From Camelus ferus (Eukaryota), in assembly GCF_009834535.1 (NCBI RefSeq), contig NC_045697.1:66032001-66096000 (forward strand): a stretch of 64,000 nucleotides of DNA, written 5' to 3'. The translations under genes and the position numbers were made by a program. How positions within the stretch are numbered: the stretch's first letter is position 1; each line of letters opens with the position of its first letter. Of the stretch, positions 25,966 to 37,705 are shown piece after piece. A model generated the notes under the pieces. It saw only the letters and a list, made by a program, of their open reading frames with translations. It had not been told where the DNA came from and did no database searches.

Positions 25966-27059
25966 TTATGAGGACCAGGGATGCTAATCAATGTAAACCT
26001 AAGTTTGGAAAGAAAAAAGTAAAGTGTGTTCAATTTTTCATCTCTCTCCTAAAGTCATACAAGGGACTTCTTAAAAGTTCTATTTTTTTTATTATATTAC
26101 TTCAAGAGATGAGAATAGGAGGGAGAGTAAATAGCATTATGTTTATAGATTATTATAAGAAAGCAGAATTAGAGATAATTGAAGATTTAAGTATCTGTTT
26201 TACATGGGAAAAATGTCATGTTTGGAATTGCTTCAAAATAGTTCAATGGGAGGAGATAAAGATGAAGTTCATAATTGCTGAAACTGGATGTTTATCCATG
26301 GGAGCTCATTACACTACTTTCTATTGTGCATATATTTGAAAATTTTCATAGTAAAAATCTTTAAAAATCCATATGGATTGAGGAAGTGGACGTTCTCTCA
26401 CACACTATTAATAAAAGCATAAACTATCACAACCTTTTAAAAATTAATATGGAAATAACTATTAAAAATAAAAATTTTCTGCACAATAAAGGAAACCATT
26501 AACAAAATGAAAAGTGTACCTCCTGAATGGGAGAAAATATTTGCAAATCATATATCTGGTATGGGGTTAATAACTAAAATATATAAAGAACTCATAAAAC
26601 TCAGTAACAACAAAAAAAATCATATTAAAAAATGGGCAGAGGATCTGAACAGACATTTTTCCAAAGAAGACATACAGATGGCCAACAGGTACATAAAAAG
26701 GTGTTCAACATTACTAATCATAAGCAAAAGGCAAATCAAACCCATAATGAAATATCACCTCACATCTGACAGAATGGTTATTATCAAAAAGATAAGAAAT
26801 AACCAGTGTTGGAGAGGATGTGGGATATGGAGAAGAGGGAACCCTTGTGTACTACTGGTGGTAGTGTAAATTGGTGCAGCAACTGTGGAAAACAGTATGG
26901 AGGTTCTTCAGAAAACTAAAAATAGGACTACCATATGATCCAGAAACTCCACTTCTGGATATTTATCCAAAGAAAATAAAAACACTAATTTGTAAAGATA
27001 TACCTACATTCATTGCAGTATTTTTTAGGATAGCCAAAATATGGAAAGGACCTAAGTGT

Positions 27060-27663
27060 TGTGGGGCAAACTGATGTCCTTTAAAGTCCAATGACCCCCA
27101 TTCCCGGGCTCTCAGGTATCTGCCTGGCATCCCTCAACAGATAAAGTACATTATTTACTGGGCATGTTTGTCCTAACAAACTAATAGCCCTAGGTAATGT
27201 GGCTAGGTAAATCTCACAATAGCTCAGGCTGGTTTGTTTCAGCGATAAACCCCACTGCCCCCTCATGGACCCCAAATTTCTGACTTCACCTACACCCAAT
27301 CAAAAACTTATGCACAAACTGATCACACAGCCCCCAACCCATTATGTTCACCAACTTCTCCCCCAATAAAAGAGCTCAGCAACCAACCCCCGGAGCTCAC
27401 AAAGGCACCTCTCATCTGTGTGACCCGCTGTTGTCTATGGCAGCATAACCTAATAAACTCCTTTCCTAGTCTCATTCTTTGCCTTTGGTAAGTTCTTTTA
27501 CTGCCTGAGACACCAGCTATTTTTTAAAAATTTTTTTAGGGGGAGACGTAATTAGGTTTTTATTTATTTATTTTTTTTAGTGGAGGTGCTGGGGACTGAA
27601 TCCAGGACCTTGTGCATGCTAGGCATGCACACTACCACTAGTGCTATACCCTTTCCTCCAACA
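27060..27663 (+). mobile_element. Solo LTR with 5-bp TSD
   Basis: TG...CA termini, TSD agtgt (27055-27059 / 27664-27668), AATAAA near 27452. Confidence 0.8.
27520..27658 (-). mobile_element. Camelid tRNA-derived SINE (vic-1-like) inside the LTR
   Basis: Reverse complement of the same SINE head and tail: taattaggtt...tggaggtgctgggg...gctataccct. Confidence 0.88.
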
Positions 27664-29073
27664 AGTGTCTATTGATGGATGAATAGATAAAGAAGATGGG
27701 ATATATATGTGTATATATACATATATAAATATACGTAGTTGAATACTACTCAACCATAAAAAAGGAAATCTTGTATTTTTGCCAACATGGATGGATCTTG
27801 AGGGCATTACTCAAAGTTACATAAGTCAGAGAGAGAGAAAAATACCACGTAATTTCACTTAAATGTGGAACCTAAAAAGTAAACAAAATGAAATAAAACA
27901 AAACAAAAATCATAGATAAAGAGAACAGAATGGTAGCTGCCAGAGGGGAGGAGTGCTGGGGAGTGGGTAAAATAGGTAAAGGGGGTCAAGAGGTACAAGT
28001 TTATAGTTATAAAATAAGTCCTGGGGATGCAATATACAGCATGGTGACTATAGTCAATAATTTGTAGAGCATGTTTAAAAATTGCCAAGAGGGTAAATCC
28101 TAATAGTTAATTTTGTATGGTGACAGATGTTCACTAGATATATTATGGTAATCATTTCGCACTGAATACAGATATCAAATCATTATGTTGTATACCTGAA
28201 ACCAATATGTTACATGTCAATTATATCTCAATAAAAAAGTTTTAATAGGCCAATAGTTAATAAGATTGAGAAATACTACAGTCATCTTTTTTTATGAGAA
28301 ACTTGTATGTACTAACTTAGAAATTGTCCATGTTAGTTCATTAAATGATTTTTTAAATTGAAAACAATTATTATTGGCATTATGCATGTGACTATTATAT
28401 TCTGGTGTATATAACTTTGAGGGAAAAAAGGTAAAATGGATACAAATCAAATGTAGAATGGTTAATGGAGGAGAGGTTTGCTTTCATCCCTCACTGTAAA
28501 TACTTTGTATTTTCTCAAGTAGTGGTATTATAGATGGTTTTTATTTGTTCTACTTAAGATCACACACTTAGTGGCAAAGTTGAGCAATAAATTCCAGCAG
28601 TCTGGCTCCAGAGACCCTATTTTTAACTACTCAATAAACTGCATTTATCTAGAGTAGTATGTAAAATATAACTAATATAACTAATAGCCTTAGAAAATAT
28701 TTTATTTAGTTCTTACTTGTCATACTCAGAATGACTCTACATTCCTGACTCCAAATATCTGTCACCATCTTTGAATCAAGAGTGCCTTTTGTTTCACAAA
28801 GTCTTGACCCAAAACATTTCGGGCCCTGGTTATTCCCTCAGAGATCTGTTTTCCAGAAAGGAAACAACGAAGAACTACTTACAATGTTTTAAAATAAATC
28901 ATTGTTAATTGTGGTGCCCTTAAAATTACAACAACTTAGTTTGGGTGTGTAATTAAGTCAATTATCTTGAAAATGCTACTGAAATTTTCAGTGAGCAACT
29001 ACCCCTCTGGCCCCTTTGCCTGGCTTCCCTGCCATTGTTTGAAGCTTCTGTTTTGGGAAGAAAAAAAAGGCCG

Positions 29074-29102
29074 TAGCAGCAGTAGCAGCAGCAGCAGCAG
29101 CA
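29074..29102. repeat. (CAG)n-like trinucleotide repeat
   Basis: tagcagcagtagcagcagcagcagcagca. Confidence 0.85.
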
Positions 29103-29735
29103 TAATAGCCTCTTTGTTGCAGAGCCACAGGTAAAAAAAAATGCTCCTGCTCAAAGGTGACAAGACCTCTTCATCATTAATCCCAGGATGACCCCACCCT
29201 CCAGAAGTTCTTAGACTGAAAGGTTCTCATGTATATGCCTGTTAAAAGCAAGTTCTTTTAGCCAGGTTCTTGTTTCTCTCCTCCTACCTCTTCTGCAATT
29301 TCTTCTTCCTTAAGGCACTTTAAGTGAAGACACTCAGTTACATAAAGGAGGCAAAGAACACTTTCTTGCCTATACAACAAAAGGAATCCTCTTGAAATTA
29401 GTCAAGATTAGTGAAAAAGAGAATACTTTCTGCCAAAGAAAGCAAAAAATTGTTAATAGTGCCCAGAATTAATTAGATGGGTAGTTACATTACTAATTTT
29501 TTATCTCCAGCAGCTTTTAGAAAACTGCTTTACCGGCCATATTTTTCTAGCCAGGATTTCTTTTATGGAAAAGTTTGCATTACCTAGACAAAGTACATGA
29601 AAGCAATTTGAAGTACATGTAAGATTAAAGAGGTTCCAATTTTTCTTCAAAGCATAATTTTAAATTATCCTGCTCTTTTCCACTTCTTTTTTAACAACAT
29701 ATTAGTCCAGAAGCATGTGCATCACGCATACTTAC

Positions 29736-29771
29736 TAACTTGAATCTGAAAATATTTTTGCTCTTGGAGCT
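29736..29771 (-). pseudogene. 36-nt exon of the minus-strand gene remnant
   Basis: ttttactcag|AGCTCC...CAAGTTA|gtaagt; phase 1 to 1, reads ELQEQKYFQIQV. Confidence 0.45.
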
Positions 29772-29951
29772 CTGAGTAAAACTCCACAACAGATACGATG
29801 AATTATTTAAGATTGATATTGGTCTTAATTGTGACTTGGAGAATTCATTCAGCAGCAATATATGTGTCAGGCACATCTATATGCCTATGAAAATGCCTAT
29901 CTTTAAAAAATCTTCCCTAAAAAAATATGCTCTGAGCACATACAGTGATAC

Positions 29952-30572
29952 TGAGATAGGAAGGGGACAGGGCACAGCCACTCAAGGAATGCCACAGCAG
30001 TTAACATCAAAATGGTGGAAGATTCAACCCCCAATAGGCCTTGAGGCTCAGGATGATGAGCGATTTAACTTCTAGTAGATCCTGAGCTTCATTATACACC
30101 CATTGTAATATATTAACATGGTGAATAACATGCCCACAGGCACCATGGCAGTCTCCAAGGCTAGCCACAAAAGGTCAAAGAGTGGGAAATGGCCAACTTC
30201 CTGGGAATCCCAGCCCCTTCCCCTTAGACTGGTCCTTCTACTTATTAGCATATGAAGCCACCAAGCCCATAAAAACCAGCAACACGGAGCCTCACGGCTG
30301 CCCCTCTCTCTCCTTCTTCAGAGACGGCCTGCACTCTGTCTATGGAGTGTGTACCTACTTTTAATCTGAGCACCTAGCCCCCACACCTTGTGGCCTTTCT
30401 CTTGTCTTTCAATGTATCTCTCTGAATAAATCTACCTTCACTCAACTGGCTAGCTCTTGCATTCTTTCCTGCGCAAAGCCAAGGACCCACACTTGGCGGG
30501 GCACGTCCCAGGGGCTCAACCGAGACCTGGGACACAGCCCTTCTCATGCCCCACATCTGTTTTCCTGCATCA
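29952..30572 (+). mobile_element. MER41-like ERV1 solo LTR
   Basis: TG...CA termini, near-TSD atac/gtac, AATAAA near 30425. MER41-like blocks 'ttcctgggaat...ttagcatat' and 'ctctgtctatggagt'. Confidence 0.8.
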
Positions 30573-30717
30573 GTACTATGATACCCAATAATGTTTACTG
30601 CATTCTTCCACCTAAAAATTTTGAGGGCTTTTCCCCCTTAGTGAAATGGATAAATTTTTTTGATCTTCATATTAAATAACTGAGAAACTGCCTGCCATGG
30701 CAGTCGCTCCCCATAAG

Positions 30718-31306
30718 TGTCGTCGAATAGGTTCTTGCCTGGTGCAGGAAAGAATTCAAGAGCAAGGCATAGTAAAGTGAAAGCAAGTTTATTTAGAGAG
30801 ATATACACTCCATAGACAGAGTGGGGTCCGTCTCATTTAGAGGGGAAAAATGGCTTAGGAGAGTACATGCTCCATAGGCAGAATGAAGGCCATCTCAGAA
30901 AGGTGACAGGGAGAGAGATCAAGAGGTGTAGGGGTGCTTAGTAAGTAAAAGCAGATACACACTCCATAGACAGAGTGCAGGCCATCTCAGAAGGCAAGAG
31001 AGAGTGACCAGAAGGTGTGGGGTTGTTTGGTTTTATGGGCTCAGTAATTTCATATGCTAACGAGTAGGAGGATTATTCCAACTATTTCGGGGAAGGGACA
31101 AGGATTTCCAGGAATCTGGCTCCACTTACTTTTTGACCTCTTACGGTCAGCCTAGGAACCATCATGGTGCCTGCGGGTGTGCCATGAGGCTCAAGGTCTA
31201 CTGAAAGTCAAATCTTCCACCATCTTGGTTCTAACCAGTTTGTCCTGTCCTCAACTGCTGTGTCATTCCTTTAATGGTTGTGCCCTGCCCCCTTCCCTCC
31301 TGTATC
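30718..31306 (-). mobile_element. MER41-like ERV1 solo LTR with tandem GAS motifs
   Basis: 5' end TGATACAGGAGGGAAGGGGCAGGGCACAACC is homologous to the LTR at 29952. TTCGGGGAA at 31086-31094 and TTCCAGGAA at 31106-31114. Confidence 0.8.
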
Positions 31307-31711
31307 AAGGACCACAATGAGATGACAATTTGACTACAAAAAAGCATGCCATCAGCCTTAGCTTGTTTCAGGAAATGGCCAGCCATGGAAAACCCTCCAC
31401 TCTTAATACGGAGCAATCAATCCTGCCTCTTTTGAACTGATCCCCGCTGCTTGCCCCCTTAACGGCCAACAAACAACTGCCAAATATACCTGAAAACCAA
31501 TTAGAAAGTCTCCCCTGCTTCCAAAATTCCCTCCTTAATTGAAGCTTCCCAGTCAAAGATTCTCAGAATTCTCTTTTCAAATGATGAACTCATGTCTTCC
31601 TGACACCACTGAAAGCCTGCTGAAATTAAAGTGACGACAGAGAATTCCCTTGCTGCAGATTTATGAATAGTTTTTGTTAATTTTGTCTCATGCTTAGTTT
31701 TATCTTTAACA
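31307..31711 (+). mobile_element. Older LTR, host of the preceding insertion (left part ~30670-30717)
   Basis: LTR-like composition, ending 'ttttatctttaaca'. Confidence 0.5.
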
Positions 31712-32143
31712 TAATTGTATATGATATTATGTATGTTAAACTATCTCTTAATTACTTCTGGATGTTTTTCTCCCCACTCCCAGTATCATTACTAATATCC
31801 TTATCATGCCTCACCTAGTGTAAGAAATAGTCCAGGAATTGATCTCTTTGCCTCCAGTGTGTTCTTACTCATTCTTCTCTTACTGACAAAGTAGTCTTGG
31901 TAGAAAGCCAATCTGTTCACACACTTCCCCTATTTTTTCATGGCACTCCAAGAGTTAACTATGGTAATAAAACCCAGATGCTTTCCATAAAGAGGACTTA
32001 TAGTAACAGTAGAAGTAGCAGTACAATATTCAAGTTAAAATAAATGAATGTCTGTTCATTTATAAAAAGTTTCCATTAACATTTACTACAAAAGATAGAT
32101 TTTGTCATCTTAGCTGAAAATCTGAGATTCAAGAAAGTGAAAA

Positions 32144-33778
32144 GTCTTTGTCCATTTGGGCTGCTATAACAAAATACTAGAGTGCTAGAATGGCCAGGTG
32201 AGACTTGTGGAATCCCTCACTTGGGATCTCTTTCTCTCTCTTTTTTTTTTCCCCCTGCTTTGGGGCTACTACAAGTTTTTCAAGACTGATTTTTTTTTCT
32301 TACTAGTGTCCAGTATTTGAGTGATCTACATCTTACTGGAGAGGGGCAGAGAACTGTGCATAATAAACTTGCAAAAAGCAAGAACACATATGGAGGCAAA
32401 TTACCCTCCCTTGTTTTAATAGTGTCACATACAATATTTTGAAAATTAAACCAAAACCTGTTTCATGTTGGATTGGTAATACATGAAATGATCAAGCCAT
32501 CCTTCAACATGAACCCGAGAATGAAGCAGGATGGAGGCCACGCAGGGAGACGGGCGTTTCACTCTTCCTGTCTAGGCTATTGGGATGGCGGGTACTGGGC
32601 CGCAGACTCTTTTGGGTACCTGTCAACAGGCACCCTCACCAGTTTAATGAGGCTACATTTTAACTGTTATTTGTGCCTGAATTGTCTACTTCAAGCAACA
32701 TGATGGGTTAAGATTCCATTTACCACCCCTCCAGGCCCCAGCCCCAAAGGGCCCGGTTCAGCAGAGGGGCTCGCGGCTGGCAGCAGCGCGGGAACCCGTG
32801 GGCTAAGCAGCAGTTACCTGCATGCGCTCCGTGCTGACCGCCTCCAAGTGCGCAGCCACGCAAGTCACCCAACTTTCACTTAAATAAGTCAGAGTGGCAA
32901 AATGTCTTATCAATCTTCTAGGTCTACTTCTTTAATTTTCAGAAGCTAAGAATATAACGACGTGCGTGGTGATGTGCAACACACACACAAAATCAGGACT
33001 GTCCTCTTACAACTTCGCACATCCCCGGAACTCGTGAGCCGTGGGCGGGGGAGCACTGCAGCGTCTTTAGAGGGGACCCTGGACCCCACGCCGCCTCAGG
33101 ACTCGCCGTAAGTTTGGCTACAGCAGGTGTGGCGTCCCACAGGCTACACGAAGGTCACAGAACGGCAGGTGAGGCGAGCAGGACCAATGCTGCTGGAAAC
33201 CTTTAGCCCTCCCCGCTCAGTGGCTGAAAGTCTGCATCAGAAGGCTAAAGTACATGTACACGTGAAACCTTTCCTGCCCTAATTTACTGAACAACTGGAT
33301 ATTTTTTAAAAAGTGTAAAAAGTAAAACACTTAAAAATATCAAAGGACACCAGTGACAACCAAGGGAACAGTAACCATGTGGGTATTAAAGTCAGCTGTC
33401 ACTTGTGAATCCTTTAAATCAGGACAAGTTCTGGTCTTCCCTCCAACTGAGGGGAGGAAACTGGTTTGGATGTGCAAAGGCTGGTTTATCCCCACATTTT
33501 TTTTGTCACTGACAATTCAGGAAGAGCAGATAAAAATGGCTCACACAACTGATAAAACACAATTTCCCCCAAGCCGTGTATTTCCCCTCCATGTCCTTGG
33601 GTTCCAGGGTCCCGCATGTCCCCGGGATCTCTTCGTAAAAGCACTAATCCCATTGATGAGGGCTTCACCCTATGACCTATTCACCTCCAAAGGACCCATC
33701 TACTAATAATCATCACTTTTGGTAATTAGGATTTTGACTTTTGAATTTTGGGGGGACACAAACATTCAGACAACAGCA
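32144..33778 (-). mobile_element. MLT1A-like LTR split into 32144-~32184 and 33624-33778, itself inside a MIR
   Basis: Left end 'gtctttgtccatttgggctgctataacaaaatac'; right end 'gcactaatcccattgatgagggc...gggacacaaacattcagacaacagca'. MIR sequence continues on both outer sides. Confidence 0.85.
32185..33623. other. CpG-rich non-repeat insertion of ectopic origin
   Basis: Lies between the two MLT1A halves, has many intact CpGs in a CpG-poor window, and shows no terminal poly(A) or TSD. Confidence 0.7.
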
Positions 33779-35511
33779 CTAAGTGAATTTACCTAAGATC
33801 ACTTAGTCAAGTGGCAGAACCAGAATCTGAACCTATGTTTGTCAGATTCCAAAGCCCTGCTTTTCCGTTAAACACCCTACCCCATAGCCAAATTAAACTA
33901 TGGCTATTCTTTCAATATGCAGTGCTGGTTCACAGTCCTTGCCTATACACATGCTTGGACTGCTTGAATGTTTCTGTGAAAATTTCCCTAATCTTCACTC
34001 TCTCCAGAGATGATCATTCCCTCTTTGCACCAATGCTTTAGCTGAAACTTGCCTCTTTCATAGCCCTTATTAGTATTAAGATTTCATTAGTATTTCACTG
34101 GACTTTGGTATTTACATTAGTATTTACTGGACTATAAGCTTTTTGAGGACACAGAATTCCATTCCATTTCCTAGGAATAACAAAAATTTGTTATTCTGAC
34201 TTATCAATGATAGAAATTTTCAGAGAAGGGAAAATACTTAATTTTTTATAGCCCACTGGGGCTCTACAATGAAGAGGGAAAAAATGGAAATAGTAATTAG
34301 TAATTTTCTCTCAGGGTTATTCTGAAAACTACATCAGTTCTAATACCTGACTTCAGATTGTAATCCCTTAGGAGATTGGGAAGATGTAAATATCCAGATA
34401 TGATGCCACATCTTCTGATTCATAATCTGTAAATGGGGAGCTCATGACCATGAATGTGTGTAGATCTGCAGGGCAACTAGATTTGGCAACCACATAATTT
34501 AATGATATAAGCCATATAAACCCTTAGCACAATGCCTAGCCTATGGTAAGTGCTCAATAAATGTTAGAATTTAAATGATAACACCTTACAACTGTCATAC
34601 CACTTTATAATTTACAAAGCACTCACACAAGAATTACCCCATCTGATCTTCAGAACAATACAAGGATCAACATTAATCTCTATTGTCTCAAATTATTCAG
34701 CAGATTGTAATCACTTAAATGCTGAGTCCTTCAAATGGAATGAAATAGAGAGGTGGAAATCTCTTTTATGTTTAAGAGATTCCATAGTCTGAACAATATC
34801 CAATTGCTCTTCCAATGGCATGCTGTCTACCATGACTCTTAACTTTGGGTAATCAGATCTCTAGCTTCTTTAAATGGTTTTTAGGAACTGCCATTAGGAA
34901 GATTATTTTTTAAGACTGTTAGGCAACCAACACTTCTGTTACAAGGGCTATCCTTAGGGAAGATAAAAATAATTATTTAAACAAGAGAGTACTAAGCCTG
35001 TACTTTGCAGAAAGGAAGAGTCTCAAAATGTTAAGAAAAGATGCTGCTAGAAATCTAACACCAAATTGTGCCATCCTGCTCACTTCCTAGTGCAACTCCA
35101 GAAAGCACTGAACAAACTCTCCCAGATCTTTGCTTCTAGAAAGCCCAGCAAGGCAGTCTAGAGGTGGTACTGAGGAATTCATAAGCATGTACACCTGAAG
35201 TTGAGAGTAAGCTTTGTCAAGAAATGACTATAGAAAGTAGTCAATAAGACACATAAAAAAATAAAAGACATAATAGGTGTGCTGTCAAATAAGGTAGTAA
35301 AGAATTTTGCTGTAATTCTGATAGGGGTGCAGAATCTCGGCTATATAGACGTGGCAATTAAAAGGTCTGACAGAAATTACCAATGCAATGCACCAGGCGG
35401 CAAAAAATGGCATGGATATGAAAGTCACATTACAGTAAAAAATAATTTTAACCCAGGACTTGAGAGGAAATCATCCTGTAAGTTGTGTCCAGGTCCCTTG
35501 AGAATCTGTAC

Positions 35512-35586
35512 CTAGGTAAAGTTTCCAAGTCCTAACCATCTCAGGCATCAACAATGGTGGGCATGCACTACTGCATTCCTGATGAT
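35512..35586 (-). pseudogene. Candidate 75-nt exon of the minus-strand gene remnant
   Basis: tttaatttgttag|ATCATCAGG...TACCTAG|gtacag; phase 1 to 1, reads HQECSSACPPLLMPEMVRTWKLYL. Confidence 0.35.
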
Positions 35587-36350
35587 CTAACAAATTAAAT
35601 ATGTAATTTAATATGAAATGTTTAAGTGCTGTTAAACTTATGAATTTAATTTGAAATGTATAGGTGAATTTGACTGATATTAGACCTGTGATTTCAAGTT
35701 GAAAATTGTAAAATACTTTCATTTGTTTATAAACATTCTTTCAAGTATTAAAAAAAAAAATCCAATAGTAAACTTCTTAAATTTAAATTTATCAAGTCTG
35801 AAAGCAGCAGTTAAATGCTTACCAAGATTTATAGTGTTTAAAGCCTTCCTTGATTAGTTGTTTGAAGTACTTGGGAAGATAAAAATGTGAAATTCATGAT
35901 TATATTTGAAATTTATGACTTTAGTAAATTGAATGTTATTTTAAATACAAGTAGGTGTGAGTATTAAAAAACCCAGAGATTAAAATACTCAATTGACTAT
36001 GTCACAATTAGAAAGGAGGAATATGTCAGAGGTAGGGGGAAAAAAAACAGATAAAATAACTGAGCTTTTGTCTTAGAAATGTCTACTAATTTGTTCTGGA
36101 ATAACTGGTGTTTCTTTCTGATTATAACATTAGGTGGAATGCCTAAATTTTCTCTAATTTTTATCAAATAATGTATTAACTTAATCAAAGTTTATATTTA
36201 GGTGGACAGGAATTTCATTCACAAAATTATTTTAATTATATTTCTGCTTACCTAATATATACTCCTTTTTTAAAAAGGAGGAAGTAAGGGAAGGAGGGAA
36301 GAAAGGAAGAAAAAGAGATTAAAGACAAAATTTCTGTCCTCTGTCCTTTA

Positions 36351-37705
36351 ATCTCTTCAGTAAATGGTGTTGGGAAAACTGGACAGCTGCATGTAAATCA
36401 ATGAAGCTGGAATACTCCCTCACACCATACACAAAAATAAACTCACAATGGCTTAAAGAATTAAACAAGACACTACAAACCTCCTAGAAGAAAACATAGG
36501 CAAAATATTCTCTGACATAAATCTTAGCAATGTTCTCATAGGTCAGTCTACCCAGGCAATAGAAATAAAAGCAAAAATAAATAAATGGGATCTAATTAAA
36601 CTTATAAGCTTTTGCACAGCAAAGCAAACAAAAAGACAACTTACAGAATGGGAGAAAATATTTGCAAAAGATGAGACTGACAAGGGCTTAATTTCCAGAA
36701 ATATACATAGCTCATAAAACTTAATAATAAAAAAAATTAACTCAATCCAAAAATGGGCCTAAGACCTAAACAAGGAATTCTCCAATGAAGACACAGAAAT
36801 AGCCAATAGGCACATGAAAAAAATGCTCAATATCGGTAATTATCAGAGAAATGCAAATCAAAACTACAATGAGGTATCACCTCACACCAGTCAGAATGGC
36901 CATCATTCAAAAGTCCACAAACGATAAATGCTGGAGAGGGTGTGGAGAAAAGGGAACCCTCCTACACTGCTGGTGGGAATGCAGTTTGGTTCAGCCGTTA
37001 TGGGAAACAGTATGGAAATTGCTCAAAAAACTAAAAGTAGACTTTCCATGTGATCCAGCAATCCCACTCCTGGGCATAAATCCAGAGGGAACTTTATTTC
37101 AAGAAGATACATGCACTCCAATGTTCATAGCAGCACTAGATACCATAGCCAAGACATGGAAACAACCTAAATGTCCATCAACAGATGACCGGATAAAGAA
37201 ATTGTGGCATATTTATACAATGGAACTACTCAGCCATAAAAATAAAAAATGCCATTTGAGCAACATGGATGGACCTCAAGATCATCATTCTAAGTGAAGT
37301 AAGCCAGAAAGAGAAAGAAAAATGCCATATGATATCACTCACATGTGGAATCTAAAAAAAAAAAAAAAAAGAGAGAGACAAATAAACTAATTTACAAAAC
37401 AGAAACAGACTCAAATAGAAAGCAAACTTAGGGTTACCAGGGGGAAAAGGGAGTTGGAAGGGATAAATGGGGAGTTTGAGATTTGCAGATACTAACTACT
37501 ACATATAAAACAGATAAACAACAAGTTCATACTGTATAGCACAGGGAACTATATTCAATATCTTGTAGAAACCTATAATGAAAAAGGATATGAAAATGAA
37601 TATTTGTATGTATATGTATGACTGAGCTATTATGCTATAAACTAGAAACTGACACAACATTGTAAACTGACTATACTTCAATTTAAAAAAAGAAAGAAAA
37701 GAAAA
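36351..37705 (+). mobile_element. Relatively young 5'-truncated L1 (ORF2 C-terminus, 3' UTR, A-tail)
   Basis: ORF 36851-37297 [17 protein letters not shown]...[18 protein letters not shown] is the L1 ORF2 Cys-rich domain. The 3' end matches the element at 13945. Confidence 0.95.

Larger units (their letters stand above)
26470..28240 (+). mobile_element. L1 3' portion, split by an LTR and a SINE
   Basis: ORF2 C-terminal peptides ([29 protein letters not shown]). Resumes at 27664 and ends 'tcaattatatctcaataaaaaa'. Confidence 0.9.

Noticed and set aside
32700..33230. Native CpG-island promoter
   Set aside because: It sits inside an insert that splits an MLT1A LTR, so imported sequence explains it better.
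36851..37297. 148-aa ORF as a host gene
   Set aside because: It is the L1 ORF2 C-terminus within a 5'-truncated, frameshifted copy.
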